Source of the DNA: Bdellovibrionales bacterium
Lineage (GTDB): Bacteria > Bdellovibrionota > Bdellovibrionia > Bdellovibrionales > UBA1609
Reading direction: 5' to 3'
Assembly: GCA_965203095.1 (NCBI GenBank)
Contig: OZ241877.1
Coordinates: 896,001 to 960,000 of the forward strand
DNA length: 64,000 bases
The translations under genes and the position numbers were made by a program. The notes beneath the pieces are model-generated. The model saw only the letters and a program-made list of their open reading frames with translations. It made no database searches and was not told where the DNA came from. Positions 27,913 through 38,482 of this stretch are shown here, piece after piece. The stretch's first letter is position 1. Each line of letters opens with the position of its first letter.

Positions 27913-30285
27913 TTAAGCCGCACCACCAAGCCCTTCTTTATCCACAAAATATTCTTTTAATTCGGTTGATTTAATTAAGGGTTCTGCCAACAAAGCCTTT
28001 TTAAAAACTTCATCTAAGCGAGAAACCAAAATAAAATTCATTTGGGCTTTAATTTCTTTTGGCACATCATCTAAATCTTTTTTATTTTTTTCTGGCAAAA
28101 GGGCAGTTTTAATTCCATTGTTAAAGGCCGCTAAAACTTTTTCTTTAACTCCACCTACAGGCAAAACTCTTCCTGAAAGAGTGATTTCACCCGTCATAGC
28201 TACAGTATTTTTTAAAGGAATATTGGTGATTAAAGACAAAAGGGCACTGGCCAAAGCCACCCCAGCAGAAGGACCATCTTTAGGTATAGCTCCCTCTGGC
28301 ACATGGATATGTATTTCATTTTTGTCAAACCACTCCTCCTCTATATGAATATCTATGTTTTGAATATAAGATTTAATATAAGACAGAGCGGCTTGTGCTG
28401 ACTCTTTCATTACCTCCCCTAACTTTCCTGTCAAAATCAAGCCTCCTTTCTTTCCTTTAATTTTAAGAGCTTCAACGTGTAGGATTTGCCCACCCACTTC
28501 CGTCCAAGCCAGCCCTGTAGCAATCCCTACCTGAGCAGATTTCATAAGCTCTTCTGGAAAAAAACAAGGGCTACCCAACATATCCGTTATTTTATTTTTA
28601 TCTAAAATCCGCTTCTCTGTATTGCCTAAAACAAATTGCTTAGCTGTCTTTCGGCATAAAGCGGACAACTGTCGTTTTAAATTCCTTAATCCCGCCTCTT
28701 TAGTGTAAGAGTGGATCAGGCAGTCTAAAGCCTCTTCTGTCAAACAGAGCTGATCTTCAGATAGGCCATTATTCTTTAATTCTTTAGATAATAGGCTTTG
28801 ACGAGCTATAGCCTTTTTTTCCTCAGCTGTGTAGCCGGATATTGAGATCACCTCCAGCCGATCTTTTAAGGCTGGAGGAATATTTTGAATTAAATTGGCA
28901 GTGGCAATAAAAAATACATTAGATAAATCAAAATTTAAATTCAAATAATGATCTTTAAAGGCATGGTTTTGCTCTGGATCTAAAACTTCTAAAAGGGCAG
29001 AGCTGGGATCTCCTCTAAAATCAGAGCACAATTTGTCAATCTCATCCAATACGATCACTGGGTTATTTGTCTGACAGGCTTTTAGTGCTTGAATGATTTT
29101 TCCCGGCATAGCTCCTACATAAGTCCGGCGATGTCCTCTAATTTCTGCTTCGTCTTTTATCCCTCCTAAAGAAATGCGATGGTAAGCTCGCCCCATAGAT
29201 TGAGCAATACTTTTGCCTAAGGAGGTTTTTCCCACTCCGGGAGGGCCTGAAAAACACAAAATAGGGCCTTTTAAATTTTTTGGATGAAGATGACAAACGG
29301 CTAAAAATTCTAAAATCCTTTCTTTAACTTTTATTAAGCCCAAATGATCTTTATCTAAAATGGCTTGTGCATTGTTGAGATCTAAGTTATCCTGGCTCTG
29401 GCGGTTCCAGGGCAGGTCTAAAATCCAATCTAAATAATTGCGAACCATAGAAGCCTCTGAGCTTTCTGTATGCATTTTTTCCAAACGGGACAGCTGTTTG
29501 AGAACTTCCGATTTGGCCTTTTCTGGCAGTTGATTTCCTTCTAACCTTTGTTTAAATTCTTTAACTTCTTCCTTTTTATAATGACCGGCAGGAGAAGACA
29601 TAAAACTTCCCGGTGAGGGTAAAAAAGGTTTAGGAATTTCTTTTTTTATCATCCTTTCCAACCTTCCTCTCAACTGGGAAATTTCCAGCTCGTTTCGAAC
29701 AGTTGTTTTTGTCCAATAGATTCGTTCTGAAATATCAATAATTTCCAAAGATTTTTGTAGATCCATGGCCCTTAAGCCCAGACTACTGATCAACATATCG
29801 CAAAAATGGCCAGGATCTTTAACAGAGTCCAAAACAAGAGTGAGAGTTGGTGATAAAGATTCTTTAATTTGAGCGAGTTGTTTTAAGTCCTGTTTAATGT
29901 CTTGAATATTTTTTTTATCTTTTTCCTTTAGAGAACCCTTCTTTTTTTCTTTTTGAAAATAAGTTAAATAAACAGTGTCCCCCTCCGCACGATCTATAGA
30001 GGCCCGTTTCAACCCTTGTATTAAAATTTTAACACGACCATCTCCTAAGTTCCGCATTCTCATAATGAGGCCAACACAGCCCATCCTATAAACTTTTTTA
30101 GAATCTGTTTCTGGTTCCTGAAGGCAAGAGAAAAAAATCATTCTATCTCCCTCAAAAGCCTTTTGAACTGCTTTTTTAGCCTGATTTTCATTGATAAAAA
30201 GAGATATTATAGATTGTGGAAAAACCACTGTGTCTTTTAAAGACACAAGAGACATTTGCTTTGGAAAATTTAACTCTATTGCCAT
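27913..30285 (-). CDS. lon: ATP-dependent Lon protease
   Basis: GPPGVGKT Walker A, LDEIDK Walker B, PKDGPSAG catalytic Ser, LON N-domain. Confidence 0.98.
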   Translation of the reverse strand: MAIELNFPKQMSLVSLKDTVVFPQSIISLFINENQAKKAVQKAFEGDRMIFFSCLQEPETDSKKVYRMGCVGLIMRMRNLGDGRVKILIQGLKRASIDRAEGDTVYLTYFQKEKKKGSLKEKDKKNIQDIKQDLKQLAQIKESLSPTLTLVLDSVKDPGHFCDMLISSLGLRAMDLQKSLEIIDISERIYWTKTTVRNELEISQLRGRLERMIKKEIPKPFLPSPGSFMSSPAGHYKKEEVKEFKQRLEGNQLPEKAKSEVLKQLSRLEKMHTESSEASMVRNYLDWILDLPWNRQSQDNLDLNNAQAILDKDHLGLIKVKERILEFLAVCHLHPKNLKGPILCFSGPPGVGKTSLGKSIAQSMGRAYHRISLGGIKDEAEIRGHRRTYVGAMPGKIIQALKACQTNNPVIVLDEIDKLCSDFRGDPSSALLEVLDPEQNHAFKDHYLNLNFDLSNVFFIATANLIQNIPPALKDRLEVISISGYTAEEKKAIARQSLLSKELKNNGLSEDQLCLTEEALDCLIHSYTKEAGLRNLKRQLSALCRKTAKQFVLGNTEKRILDKNKITDMLGSPCFFPEELMKSAQVGIATGLAWTEVGGQILHVEALKIKGKKGGLILTGKLGEVMKESAQAALSYIKSYIQNIDIHIEEEWFDKNEIHIHVPEGAIPKDGPSAGVALASALLSLITNIPLKNTVAMTGEITLSGRVLPVGGVKEKVLAAFNNGIKTALLPEKNKKDLDDVPKEIKAQMNFILVSRLDEVFKKALLAEPLIKSTELKEYFVDKEGLGGAA

Positions 30286-30342
30286 AAAAAACCCTCTTAT
30301 GACATGCTTTTCGGATTTTTAAAAAAAATTATTTAACTTTTT

Positions 30343-32328
30343 TTATTTTACTGGCATAGAGTCCAGAATATGGCCCTTCTCTGGATCCGTTTTGTAAATC
30401 CTTAAGGGGTAGTTAAAAACACGATTTGAGATAGATATCTCATGGTAAGCCCCTGAAAAAGAGGGGATTTTTTTTAGCTCTTTTTGCAAAGCTTGTCGGG
30501 ATTTGACCCCCCGACTTAAAGCCTGCTTGAAAAACAGGCCGGCATTGTAAGCTCTTTGTTCAAAAAGCCCTGGGGTTTGGGCATAAAGTTTGACAAATTT
30601 TTGATAAAATGAGGATTTTTGAATTAAAGAGTGATTTTTCTCTAAAAGATTGGCGAAAACCAAAGGCAAGCCCTCTGGCCATCGGCGGATCTGATCCGGA
30701 ATCCAAACATCTGTTCCCAACAAGTAAATATCTTTAACCCCAAAATATTTTATATGATCCGCTATTTTTTTTGTCTGATCTAAAGAGTCGGGAATAAATA
30801 AAGCAGAAAAGTCTATTTGAGGAGACAAAACATTTTCCGGTATAAGCTTACGGGAACGATCAGATAGAGAAGGATTTTCATCTAAAAGTTTTGTTTTTAA
30901 TTCTTCAAACTCTTTTTCTCGGCCTTTTATATTTAAACGGAAAAGTTTTTTAATAGGTTGCTTGAAATCGGCCTCTCCAGATCTGTAAGTCTCATGCTCA
31001 ACAATTTGCCCTCCCTCCTGTTGAAACATCTCAGCAAAAAGCCGTGCGTATTCTCTTCCATAAAGATCATTTGGCGACAAAATGGCTATTTTTTGAATTT
31101 TCAACTCCTTTCGGGCTTGATCTATAAGGGGTTTTAAAAGCCGGCGAGCGGGAACAGCATTTTGAAAAACAAAATCCTTATCTAAATTCAAATCATTTTT
31201 TTGAGAAAACACTACAGCTGGAGTGGCCCAAGCTGAGGCCCTTTGGGCTATCACCTCTGCTGTTCCGCTGGTAAGCCCTCCAACCAAACCAATAACATGG
31301 TATTTGTAAAACAGACTGTCCAAATGGGCACGAACCACATCGGGATGACTTTGGCTGTCCATGACAACAATTTGCCAAGGAGAATCTTTTTCTATGTCCA
31401 AAGCCATATAAAGACCTCTTAAAATTTTTTGACCTAAAGCCTTCCTCCGCCCACTGAGAGGGACTAAAACACCAATCAAATAAGGATTAACTTTAGATAT
31501 TTTTTTAGCTAACAAAAGATGATTTTTAGCCGATTGTTTTAAACTTAAGGCAAGAGGGGCTGATAAAGATTTTTTAAAATAATTTTTAGCTTTAGAGAAA
31601 TCTTTTTTTTCAAAAAAATGTTTCCCATTAAGATACAATATATAGCCTTCAAAGGGGCCAAAAAGCTCTGCTTTGTCCGCATATTCATTTAAGGTTTTAA
31701 CTGGTAAAGAGCGGATGAGGTTTTCCCCTTGCCTCTGCCATTTTTTCTTTTCTTTAGGATGGGAAGATAAAGAGGACAAATGAGACAAACTGATAAGCTG
31801 ATATTTTATCCATTTTTTTTTGTTTTTCAAAAAAGACCATTGCAAGCGAGCTGAAGCTTTTTTGTTTTCTAAAGTCTCTTTAGGATGATTCAATAGGTTT
31901 TCCAAAGTTTCTACTGCTGGAATGATCTTCCCTTCTTGAAATAAACATTTAGCAGAGGCACGATAAACCTCCCATCGGCGGGAATAATCAAAAGAGGATT
32001 GTAAAGCCTGATGATAACTTAAACAGGCTAATTTGTGTTTTTTGTTTTTTAAAAAAATTTTGGCTTTTAATAAGTAGCCGTCTAAAGCAATGTCCGCAGA
32101 TTGGTTGGCCTGAATAAAAGAGTCAATATTTTTTATTCTTTGTTTCCAAGGGAGATTGGTTTGTTTTTGAATGGCTTGCCAACTGTTTTGCTTTGCTTGC
32201 TCTGTTTTTTTGGCAATAGATTTTTTAGGAGGGGTTTTAAACAGCTGGTTCTTTTCTAAACCAGTGCAACCCACAAGAAAAAAACTCACTAACAGAGTTT
32301 TTAAAAATAAATTTTTATTTATATCCAT
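30343..32328 (-). CDS. Penicillin-binding protein activator LpoA/LppC-like lipoprotein
   Basis: Lipobox LVGC; TPR-like N-terminus; IGVLVPLSG periplasmic-binding fold; DFSALFIPD. Confidence 0.8.
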   Translation of the reverse strand: MDINKNLFLKTLLVSFFLVGCTGLEKNQLFKTPPKKSIAKKTEQAKQNSWQAIQKQTNLPWKQRIKNIDSFIQANQSADIALDGYLLKAKIFLKNKKHKLACLSYHQALQSSFDYSRRWEVYRASAKCLFQEGKIIPAVETLENLLNHPKETLENKKASARLQWSFLKNKKKWIKYQLISLSHLSSLSSHPKEKKKWQRQGENLIRSLPVKTLNEYADKAELFGPFEGYILYLNGKHFFEKKDFSKAKNYFKKSLSAPLALSLKQSAKNHLLLAKKISKVNPYLIGVLVPLSGRRKALGQKILRGLYMALDIEKDSPWQIVVMDSQSHPDVVRAHLDSLFYKYHVIGLVGGLTSGTAEVIAQRASAWATPAVVFSQKNDLNLDKDFVFQNAVPARRLLKPLIDQARKELKIQKIAILSPNDLYGREYARLFAEMFQQEGGQIVEHETYRSGEADFKQPIKKLFRLNIKGREKEFEELKTKLLDENPSLSDRSRKLIPENVLSPQIDFSALFIPDSLDQTKKIADHIKYFGVKDIYLLGTDVWIPDQIRRWPEGLPLVFANLLEKNHSLIQKSSFYQKFVKLYAQTPGLFEQRAYNAGLFFKQALSRGVKSRQALQKELKKIPSFSGAYHEISISNRVFNYPLRIYKTDPEKGHILDSMPVK

Positions 32329-33244
32329 GTTTTTTGTTTAACTCCTGCACTATTTTTTGAAACTTTAAAACTTTAGGATAAATAAAAGGAGAATCTTTAA
32401 ATTTAGCTACATAAATTTTTTGTTGAGCAAAAGGTAAGCTCTCCATTTGTCTTTGAATTTTTAAGCCGTCTTTTTTTGGGTAATCTATAAAAATTTTTGT
32501 AAATAAATCTCCTTTATCTCCTTTTAAATTTTTAGGAAGGCCATAGCCCTCTATTTTTAACAACTGTTGGTGGCGGACTGGAGGCTTTAAATTCACATTT
32601 AAAAAGCCGTAAGGAGAGGGTATTTTAATAGAGCCTCCCTGAAAAGCCAAAACAAAAGGTATTGGCATTTCCACAATCAGATCAGCTGAACCTTTAACAA
32701 TATGAAATATTTTGTGTGGCCGGACTTGAATGCGAACATAGAGGTCGCCCAACTGTTTTTTGCCTTCACCCCCTCCTTTACCTTTAAATCGAAGTCTTTG
32801 GCCCGACCGTGCCCCTAAAGGAGGTTGAACCTTAAGAAAGCTTTTGAGTTTTTGGCCATTGACCAATTTAAGGTAGTGAATGATTTTTGAACGGGGCCGG
32901 CACAAGTCCTCTAAAGAGATTTTTAAAGTGATTTCCAGATCAACAGGCTTTTCCTTCACCGGAGCGGGCTGGGCAGGCACCGGAAATGGCATAAGCTTTT
33001 CCCTTCGGTTTTTTTGAAATAAAGCCAACTGCTCGTTAAATTTTTTTCTTTTTGTTGGGTCTTTTAAAATTTGATAAGCAGAATTGATTTGTTGAAACTT
33101 TTTTTCTGCCAGTTTATTTCCTTGGTTTTTGTCGGGATGATAAGTTTGAGCCAATTTAAGGTAAGCTTTTTTGATTTCCTGGCTTTTGGCTTGAGGAGAC
33201 ACATTTAAAACAAGATAAAAATTAGTTTGACTCTTCCTCTGCAA
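32315..33244 (-). CDS. DnaJ-class chaperone without zinc finger (CbpA-like)
   Basis: J domain with HPD motif; C-terminal GDLYV / G.GLP...GDL domain; no CxxCxGxG repeats. Confidence 0.9.
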   Translation of the reverse strand: MQRKSQTNFYLVLNVSPQAKSQEIKKAYLKLAQTYHPDKNQGNKLAEKKFQQINSAYQILKDPTKRKKFNEQLALFQKNRREKLMPFPVPAQPAPVKEKPVDLEITLKISLEDLCRPRSKIIHYLKLVNGQKLKSFLKVQPPLGARSGQRLRFKGKGGGEGKKQLGDLYVRIQVRPHKIFHIVKGSADLIVEMPIPFVLAFQGGSIKIPSPYGFLNVNLKPPVRHQQLLKIEGYGLPKNLKGDKGDLFTKIFIDYPKKDGLKIQRQMESLPFAQQKIYVAKFKDSPFIYPKVLKFQKIVQELNKKHGYK

Positions 33245-33254
33245 AAGAGACTCC

Positions 33255-33956
33255 TCACCGGCTTTCCTGTTTTTTTGCTAAAACCACTTGGGCTGGACGG
33301 ATCACTTTACCATGCAGTTTATAGGCTTTTTTAAAAGTCTCCGCCACATGCCCTTCGGGAAAATCAGAGGTTTTGATATAACTTAAAGCCTCTTGGTAAG
33401 CGGGATCAAAAGCTTTTCCTTTGGGATCTAAGGTCTCTACACCAAAACGGCTCAAAACTTGGGAGAGCTTTTTTTGGATCATTTCCAATCCTTTTTTTAA
33501 ATTCTCAAATGACTTTTCTTTTTCAGCAGAAAGCATAGCCCGATCCAAATCATCTAAAACCTCATTAGCTAAAGACTGGATCAAAGACTCTCCTCCATAG
33601 CGAATCAAATGAATTTTCTCCTCCCCAGCTCGCCGTTTAAAATTTTCAAACTCTGCTCTTAAATACAAATTGTTTTCTAAAGACTTTTTGAGTTTTTCTT
33701 CAAGCTCTTGCCGTTCTTTCACTGTTAAAGAGGAAGGGCTGATTTTTTCTTTTAATAAACGAGAAGGTTTGAGTTTTTTATGAGTAGTCCCTTCAGGGCG
33801 GGGTTGTTTTTCCATAAAATGATTCTTGGTCTTTGGCTTGGAAGCTTTTTTTTGAGCCGGTTTTTCTGTTTGAGAAATTGTATGAGAGCTGGTTAGCGAG
33901 TGAGCTTTATTTGTCGGTTTCAAAAGCTTTTTTTTTGCTGATTTTTCACTGTTCAT
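33255..33956 (-). CDS. grpE: Nucleotide exchange factor GrpE
   Basis: LRAEFENFKRR, FDPAYQEA and Y.LHGKVIRPAQVV motifs. Confidence 0.95.
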   Translation of the reverse strand: MNSEKSAKKKLLKPTNKAHSLTSSHTISQTEKPAQKKASKPKTKNHFMEKQPRPEGTTHKKLKPSRLLKEKISPSSLTVKERQELEEKLKKSLENNLYLRAEFENFKRRAGEEKIHLIRYGGESLIQSLANEVLDDLDRAMLSAEKEKSFENLKKGLEMIQKKLSQVLSRFGVETLDPKGKAFDPAYQEALSYIKTSDFPEGHVAETFKKAYKLHGKVIRPAQVVLAKKQESR

Positions 33957-34181
33957 AAAAGTTTTATTCCTTTTTTATATAAAATAAAGCCTTTCTTTTT
34001 ACAAAAATAGAGCCTTTTCTCTTTTTTGTTAAGGTTTTTTATAAGAAATTTTGATTTTTATTATATTTAACATTTAAAAAAGGTCAAACAAAGGGCTTTT
34101 TTGCCGGCTTTAGGCTAAAAATCTATGATTTTTTCAATAAAATAGCTCTTAATATCTTGTTAAGGGCTTTTTTGCTGTAAA

Positions 34182-34712
34182 ATGGAAGTCATGCAAGAAA
34201 GCTCTAAAACATCTTTTAGAGAATACATTTCCAAAGAGCTGGAGCTTATCTCCTCCTCACTACCTTTTAATGTGAAAAACTACCTCATTGATTTACTGTG
34301 CTTTTATATCTCTTCCGATCGGTTTTTTGAAAAAAAAGCCGGCCAGTCTAAGTCTTATGAAAGAGCCTTAGCTGACCTCTATAAAAAAAGCCAAGCGGAA
34401 AGCCAACAAAGGGAAAAAATCTATATCTTTAAAAAAATGGGGGATTTCAGCTTGTATATTAGTGGTTTTTTTCGAGAAGCTGTAAAAAGAAAAATTGTCC
34501 ACATCAGCTATTATGAGATTATGGGGAAAAATGCTTATAATTTTGTCAGTTATTCTTATGGATCGAGGCCCAATGTTTTTAAAGAGTTAGCCTTAGAGTT
34601 TAAACATTTATCTCAAATTTTATTTTCTCTCCAAAAACGATCGGCAAAAAAACAGGATTCTAAGTATTTGTTAAATTTTTCCACCCCTCCTTCTAATCAA
34701 TTTTTAAACTGA
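34182..34712 (+). CDS. Conserved hypothetical protein
   Basis: KKMGDFSLYISGFF...YYEIMG..AY...VFKELA pattern seen in a proteobacterial uncharacterised family. Confidence 0.75.
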   Translation: MEVMQESSKTSFREYISKELELISSSLPFNVKNYLIDLLCFYISSDRFFEKKAGQSKSYERALADLYKKSQAESQQREKIYIFKKMGDFSLYISGFFREAVKRKIVHISYYEIMGKNAYNFVSYSYGSRPNVFKELALEFKHLSQILFSLQKRSAKKQDSKYLLNFSTPPSNQFLN

Positions 34713-34781
34713 ATCTCTAAAACTTAAGAGATTTTAATAAAATCAGTATACAAAAACAAATATTTCTTTTAATATGAGAGA

Positions 34782-35072
34782 ATGTTTGGTTTGGGTGGGA
34801 TAGAAATTCTTATTTTGATTGTAATTGCTTTTTTGGTTTTTGGGCCAAAAGAATTTCCCATAGTTGTAAAAAATTTTGTCAAACTCTTTAATGAGTTGCG
34901 ATCAATTTTTACAAGTGTTGAGTCAGAGTTTTATGATCTCAAAACAGAAGGCCAAAAACATGTTCAGAAAATCACTAAAGGCTTAGAAGAAGATTTTAAA
35001 GCTGTTGGGAGCATTCAAAAAGAAGATAGTAAAAAATCATCACAACAAGATCTAAATAAAGACGAAAAATAA
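34782..35072 (+). CDS. tatB: Twin-arginine translocase TatA/TatB family subunit
   Basis: MFGLGGIEILILIVIAFLVFGPKEFP N-terminus plus amphipathic helix. Confidence 0.8.
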   Translation: MFGLGGIEILILIVIAFLVFGPKEFPIVVKNFVKLFNELRSIFTSVESEFYDLKTEGQKHVQKITKGLEEDFKAVGSIQKEDSKKSSQQDLNKDEK

Positions 35073-35154
35073 GTTTTTAAAAACCCCTTGACCAATATTT
35101 TTTATTCGCCTGTAAACCTACCTCTGTCCTTTATCAAATAAAAGCCAGTCCTGC

Positions 35155-37233
35155 TCAAACCAAAAAGGGGGCTATCAACAAAGCCACTATGGACATAAGC
35201 TTAACAATAATGTTCATGGAAGGGCCGGTAGTGTCTTTAAAGGGGTCCCCCACAGTGTCGCCAATCACTGCTGAGGAGTGGCTGGCTGAACCTTTAGCCT
35301 CTCCTTTTATTTTGCCCTGCTCAATATATTTTTTAGCATTATCCCAAGCTCCTCCGGAATTAGCCATAAAAAGAGCTAAGGTCACACCTGTGACTAAAGA
35401 GCCTGCTAAAGCTCCTCCTAAGGCGGATGGCCCAAGGATAAAACCAATAGCTACCGGGGTCAAAACAGCCGTCACACCAGGAAGAATCATTTCTTTAAGG
35501 GCTGATTTAGTCGATATCTCCACACATTTTGCAGTGTCTGGTGCCACTTTGCCCTCTAATAAACCTTTAATCTCTTTAAACTGGCGACGAATTTCATCCA
35601 CCATCCGGCTGGCCGCACGGCCAACAGAGGTCATAGTCAAACTGGCACAAAACAAAACCACCATAGCCCCAAGAAAAAGCCCTGTCACCACTTGTGGATT
35701 GGTAATGTCCATAGTGATATTTGCTCCTTTAGCTAAAAGGGCCTGTTTAAAAGCTACAAAAAGAGCCAAAGCCGTTAAAGCGGCAGAACCAATGGCAAAA
35801 CCTTTCCCAATAGCGGCAGTGGTGTTGCCTAAAGCGTCTAACTGATCGGTGATTTTTCGTGTTTCAGGACCTAAGCCCGCCATTTCTGCAATACCGCCAG
35901 CATTGTCCGCCACAGGGCCGTAAGCATCGATAGTCATAGTGATTCCCACAGTGGCCAGCATTCCCACAGCAGAGATGGCAATCCCATACAAGCCACAAGT
36001 CCAAAACGAAAAAGCAATAATTGTAGAAATTATAAATAAAGGGATGGCACAAGACTCCAAACCCAAAGCCACACCAGAGATAATGTTTGTTGCAGGCCCC
36101 GTTTTAGAAGCTTTGACAATGCGATAAACTGGCCGGCCCGCAGTGTAAAACTCCGTCACTTTACCAATTAAAATACCGCCCACTTGGCCCGCTAAAATCA
36201 CATAGAACAGTTTAAAACTCGCCCCATTAAAAAGCAAAAAACCAGCAGTCATAGATAAAAACAACAAACCACTGATCAGCTCCGCACCAGCTAAGGCCAA
36301 AGAAGGTTTTTGCCCTTTAAGAACCTTTATGCAAAAAATGCCAACAAAGGAGGAAAACAAACCCAAAACAGCCAACCATATCGGCAGAATCATTAAAAAA
36401 GATCGAGGAAGAGTATCAAAAAGCTCTGTAATTTTACTAACACTCATTGTGACGGCCAAAGTGATGGAGGCCACCATAGCTCCGACATAGGATTCAAAAA
36501 TATCTGCACCCATTCCCGCCACATCTCCCACATTGTCTCCCACATTGTCAGCAATGACACCGGGATTTCGAGGGTCATCTTCAGGTATGCCGGCTTCCAC
36601 CTTACCTGCTAAATCCGCCCCCACATCCGCGGCTTTGGTAAAAATTCCTCCTCCTACACGGGCAAAAAGGGCGATAGAGGACGCTCCCATAGAAAAGCCA
36701 GATATAATAGACAAAACAGGAGAAGTTTTTAAAAAATCATCCAGCATATTTCCTATGTCGCTAAACCCAAGAGGGACAGAAGAAAACAACAAAAAACCTA
36801 AACCTAAAAGACCTAAGCTGGCTACGGAAAGCCCCATCACTGCCCCACTGTTAAAGGCCACTAAAAGGGCTGGACCTGTGCCCGACTCCTTAGCCGCTTG
36901 AGCTGTGCGAACATTGCCTAAAGTGGCTGTCCTCATCCCAATACCTCCCGCTAAGGCCGAACAAAGTGCACCTATAAAAAAGGCAAATCCCACATTCCAT
37001 GAAAACCACAGGCTCAAAAGCAAGGCCACCACAGCAACAAAAATGCTCAAAATACCGGCTTCTGCTTTTAAAAAGGCCATAGACCCAAGGCGAATATGCT
37101 CAGCTATTTCTTGCATTTTTGCAGAACCAGGAGCTTGTTTTTTAATATCAAAATACAAAAAGCCCGCTAAAGTAAGCCCCGCACCGGCAGATAAAAGAAT
37201 AAACAGTAAATTTTGAAATATTGAAAAATCCAT
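35155..37233 (-). CDS. hppA: Membrane-bound pyrophosphatase, K+-dependent, probably Na+-translocating
   Basis: [43 protein letters not shown] (Ala marks K+ dependence); ADIFESY Glu position. Confidence 0.96.
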   Translation of the reverse strand: MDFSIFQNLLFILLSAGAGLTLAGFLYFDIKKQAPGSAKMQEIAEHIRLGSMAFLKAEAGILSIFVAVVALLLSLWFSWNVGFAFFIGALCSALAGGIGMRTATLGNVRTAQAAKESGTGPALLVAFNSGAVMGLSVASLGLLGLGFLLFSSVPLGFSDIGNMLDDFLKTSPVLSIISGFSMGASSIALFARVGGGIFTKAADVGADLAGKVEAGIPEDDPRNPGVIADNVGDNVGDVAGMGADIFESYVGAMVASITLAVTMSVSKITELFDTLPRSFLMILPIWLAVLGLFSSFVGIFCIKVLKGQKPSLALAGAELISGLLFLSMTAGFLLFNGASFKLFYVILAGQVGGILIGKVTEFYTAGRPVYRIVKASKTGPATNIISGVALGLESCAIPLFIISTIIAFSFWTCGLYGIAISAVGMLATVGITMTIDAYGPVADNAGGIAEMAGLGPETRKITDQLDALGNTTAAIGKGFAIGSAALTALALFVAFKQALLAKGANITMDITNPQVVTGLFLGAMVVLFCASLTMTSVGRAASRMVDEIRRQFKEIKGLLEGKVAPDTAKCVEISTKSALKEMILPGVTAVLTPVAIGFILGPSALGGALAGSLVTGVTLALFMANSGGAWDNAKKYIEQGKIKGEAKGSASHSSAVIGDTVGDPFKDTTGPSMNIIVKLMSIVALLIAPFLV

Positions 37234-37394
37234 TACTTTTCCTTATGGCTATTCTGGTTTGTAAGCTTTTAAAAGCTAAGGCTCTATTCTCGTCCTTTTT
37301 ATTAAAGTTGAAAGATCAATTGTTTTTTTAACCAGCAACATTTTTACATTCAACATAAAAATAAGTTTTTTTATAAGCTTGTCAAAGCTTTTCT

Positions 37395-37490
37395 GGATTT
37401 CCGTTTCATTTCCGTCTCTCATTTCCGTCTCCAGGGGAGCCTAAGCTTTTAGGCAAATGGAAGGGTCCAAGGTCTTTTTCTCGCGAACAA
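37395..37490. repeat. Palindromic intergenic element, copy 2 (degenerate)
   Basis: ATTTCCGT x3; GGGAGCCTAA-gctt-TTAGGCA; AGGGTCCAAGGT; TCGCGAACAA; all blocks shared with 13895-14058. Confidence 0.55.
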
Positions 37491-37558
37491 GCTGGACTTT
37501 TACTTATGCGATCTTTTAAATGTAGACTTTTTTATGGACGACTATAGTATAAAACATT

Positions 37559-37930
37559 ATGAGTTATAATTTTTATAGTGCTCTCCATTTGGGGGCGATT
37601 TTACTCTTGGGGCTGACACTGGGCGGGCTTTGGGGTATTTACACTCATCCAAAAGACAACAAAAAGCTGAAAGCCGTTTTGGTAGGTGCAAATGGCTTGA
37701 GCCTTTTCTTGATTTTTTTTGCTGGTTTTGGCTTGATAGCCAAAACTTCACTGGATTTTCCCTGGCCTTGGTGGATTTACGGGAAAATGGCTATTTGGCT
37801 GATCTTAGGTTCTTTGCCTTTTTTTATTAGAAAAAGTTCTCAAAAACAAAAAATTCATCGTGGGCTTTTGCCTTTGATATTTTTTCTAATGCTTACAGCC
37901 CTTCTCATTGTCCGCATAAAGCCAATATAA
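37559..37930 (+). CDS. Small 4-TM membrane protein (SirB2-like)
   Basis: Y...H in TM1; W...K..IW motif; four hydrophobic segments. Confidence 0.7.
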   Translation: MSYNFYSALHLGAILLLGLTLGGLWGIYTHPKDNKKLKAVLVGANGLSLFLIFFAGFGLIAKTSLDFPWPWWIYGKMAIWLILGSLPFFIRKSSQKQKIHRGLLPLIFFLMLTALLIVRIKPI

Positions 37931-38041
37931 ATTGGCCTCTTCCTTTTGAATCCTTTGTTTTAATTGCCTATAACTGAGACTTGTATAAATATAGAATTAT
38001 TTTCTTGTTTTTCTAACAGATCTTTTGTATGCAGGTCCTCT

Positions 38042-38464
38042 ATGGCTGAAAAAGAGAGTTTAAGATTGTATGAACAGGTGGTAGTTCTCCATATAGACAG
38101 CTCCGAGCAGGAGCAGATGGAAGTTTGCCAACTGACCGCTAACATTGTTGAAAAACAAAAGGGGGAAGTTTTTAGGGTGGACACTTGGGGATCACGCCCG
38201 ATAGCCAATCCTAAGGCCAAAAAAGCCAGTAGAGGTTGGTATTTTTACATGTTGTTTTCCGCCTCTGCCAATGCCATAGCGGAGATCAGAAAACAACTTT
38301 CCATTAACAAAAAAACCCTTTATTTTCACCAAGAGAGATTGCCCAAGAAGGAAACTCCAGAGAGTCATGTAAAAAAATTTCTCCAAGGTTTAGAGCAAAC
38401 GGCAGAAAAGGAAAGGGAAAGAGCAATTAGAAAACAAAAAAGACAGCGGGGGAACAGGCCTTAA
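38042..38464 (+). CDS. rpsF: 30S ribosomal protein S6
   Basis: LYEQVVVL...GEV..VDTWGSRPIA.P...GWY.YM.F; start at ATG 38042. Confidence 0.85.
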   Translation: MAEKESLRLYEQVVVLHIDSSEQEQMEVCQLTANIVEKQKGEVFRVDTWGSRPIANPKAKKASRGWYFYMLFSASANAIAEIRKQLSINKKTLYFHQERLPKKETPESHVKKFLQGLEQTAEKERERAIRKQKRQRGNRP

Positions 38465-38482
38465 AACCTGAGTAAACACTAT

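Noticed and set aside
33957..34181. CIRCE element upstream of grpE
   Set aside because: TTAGCACTC-N9-GAGTGCTAA is not present
35189..37216. Long plus-strand ORFs (218, 122, 103 aa) opposite hppA
   Set aside because: Antisense shadows of a conserved Ala/Gly-rich gene; no independent motifs
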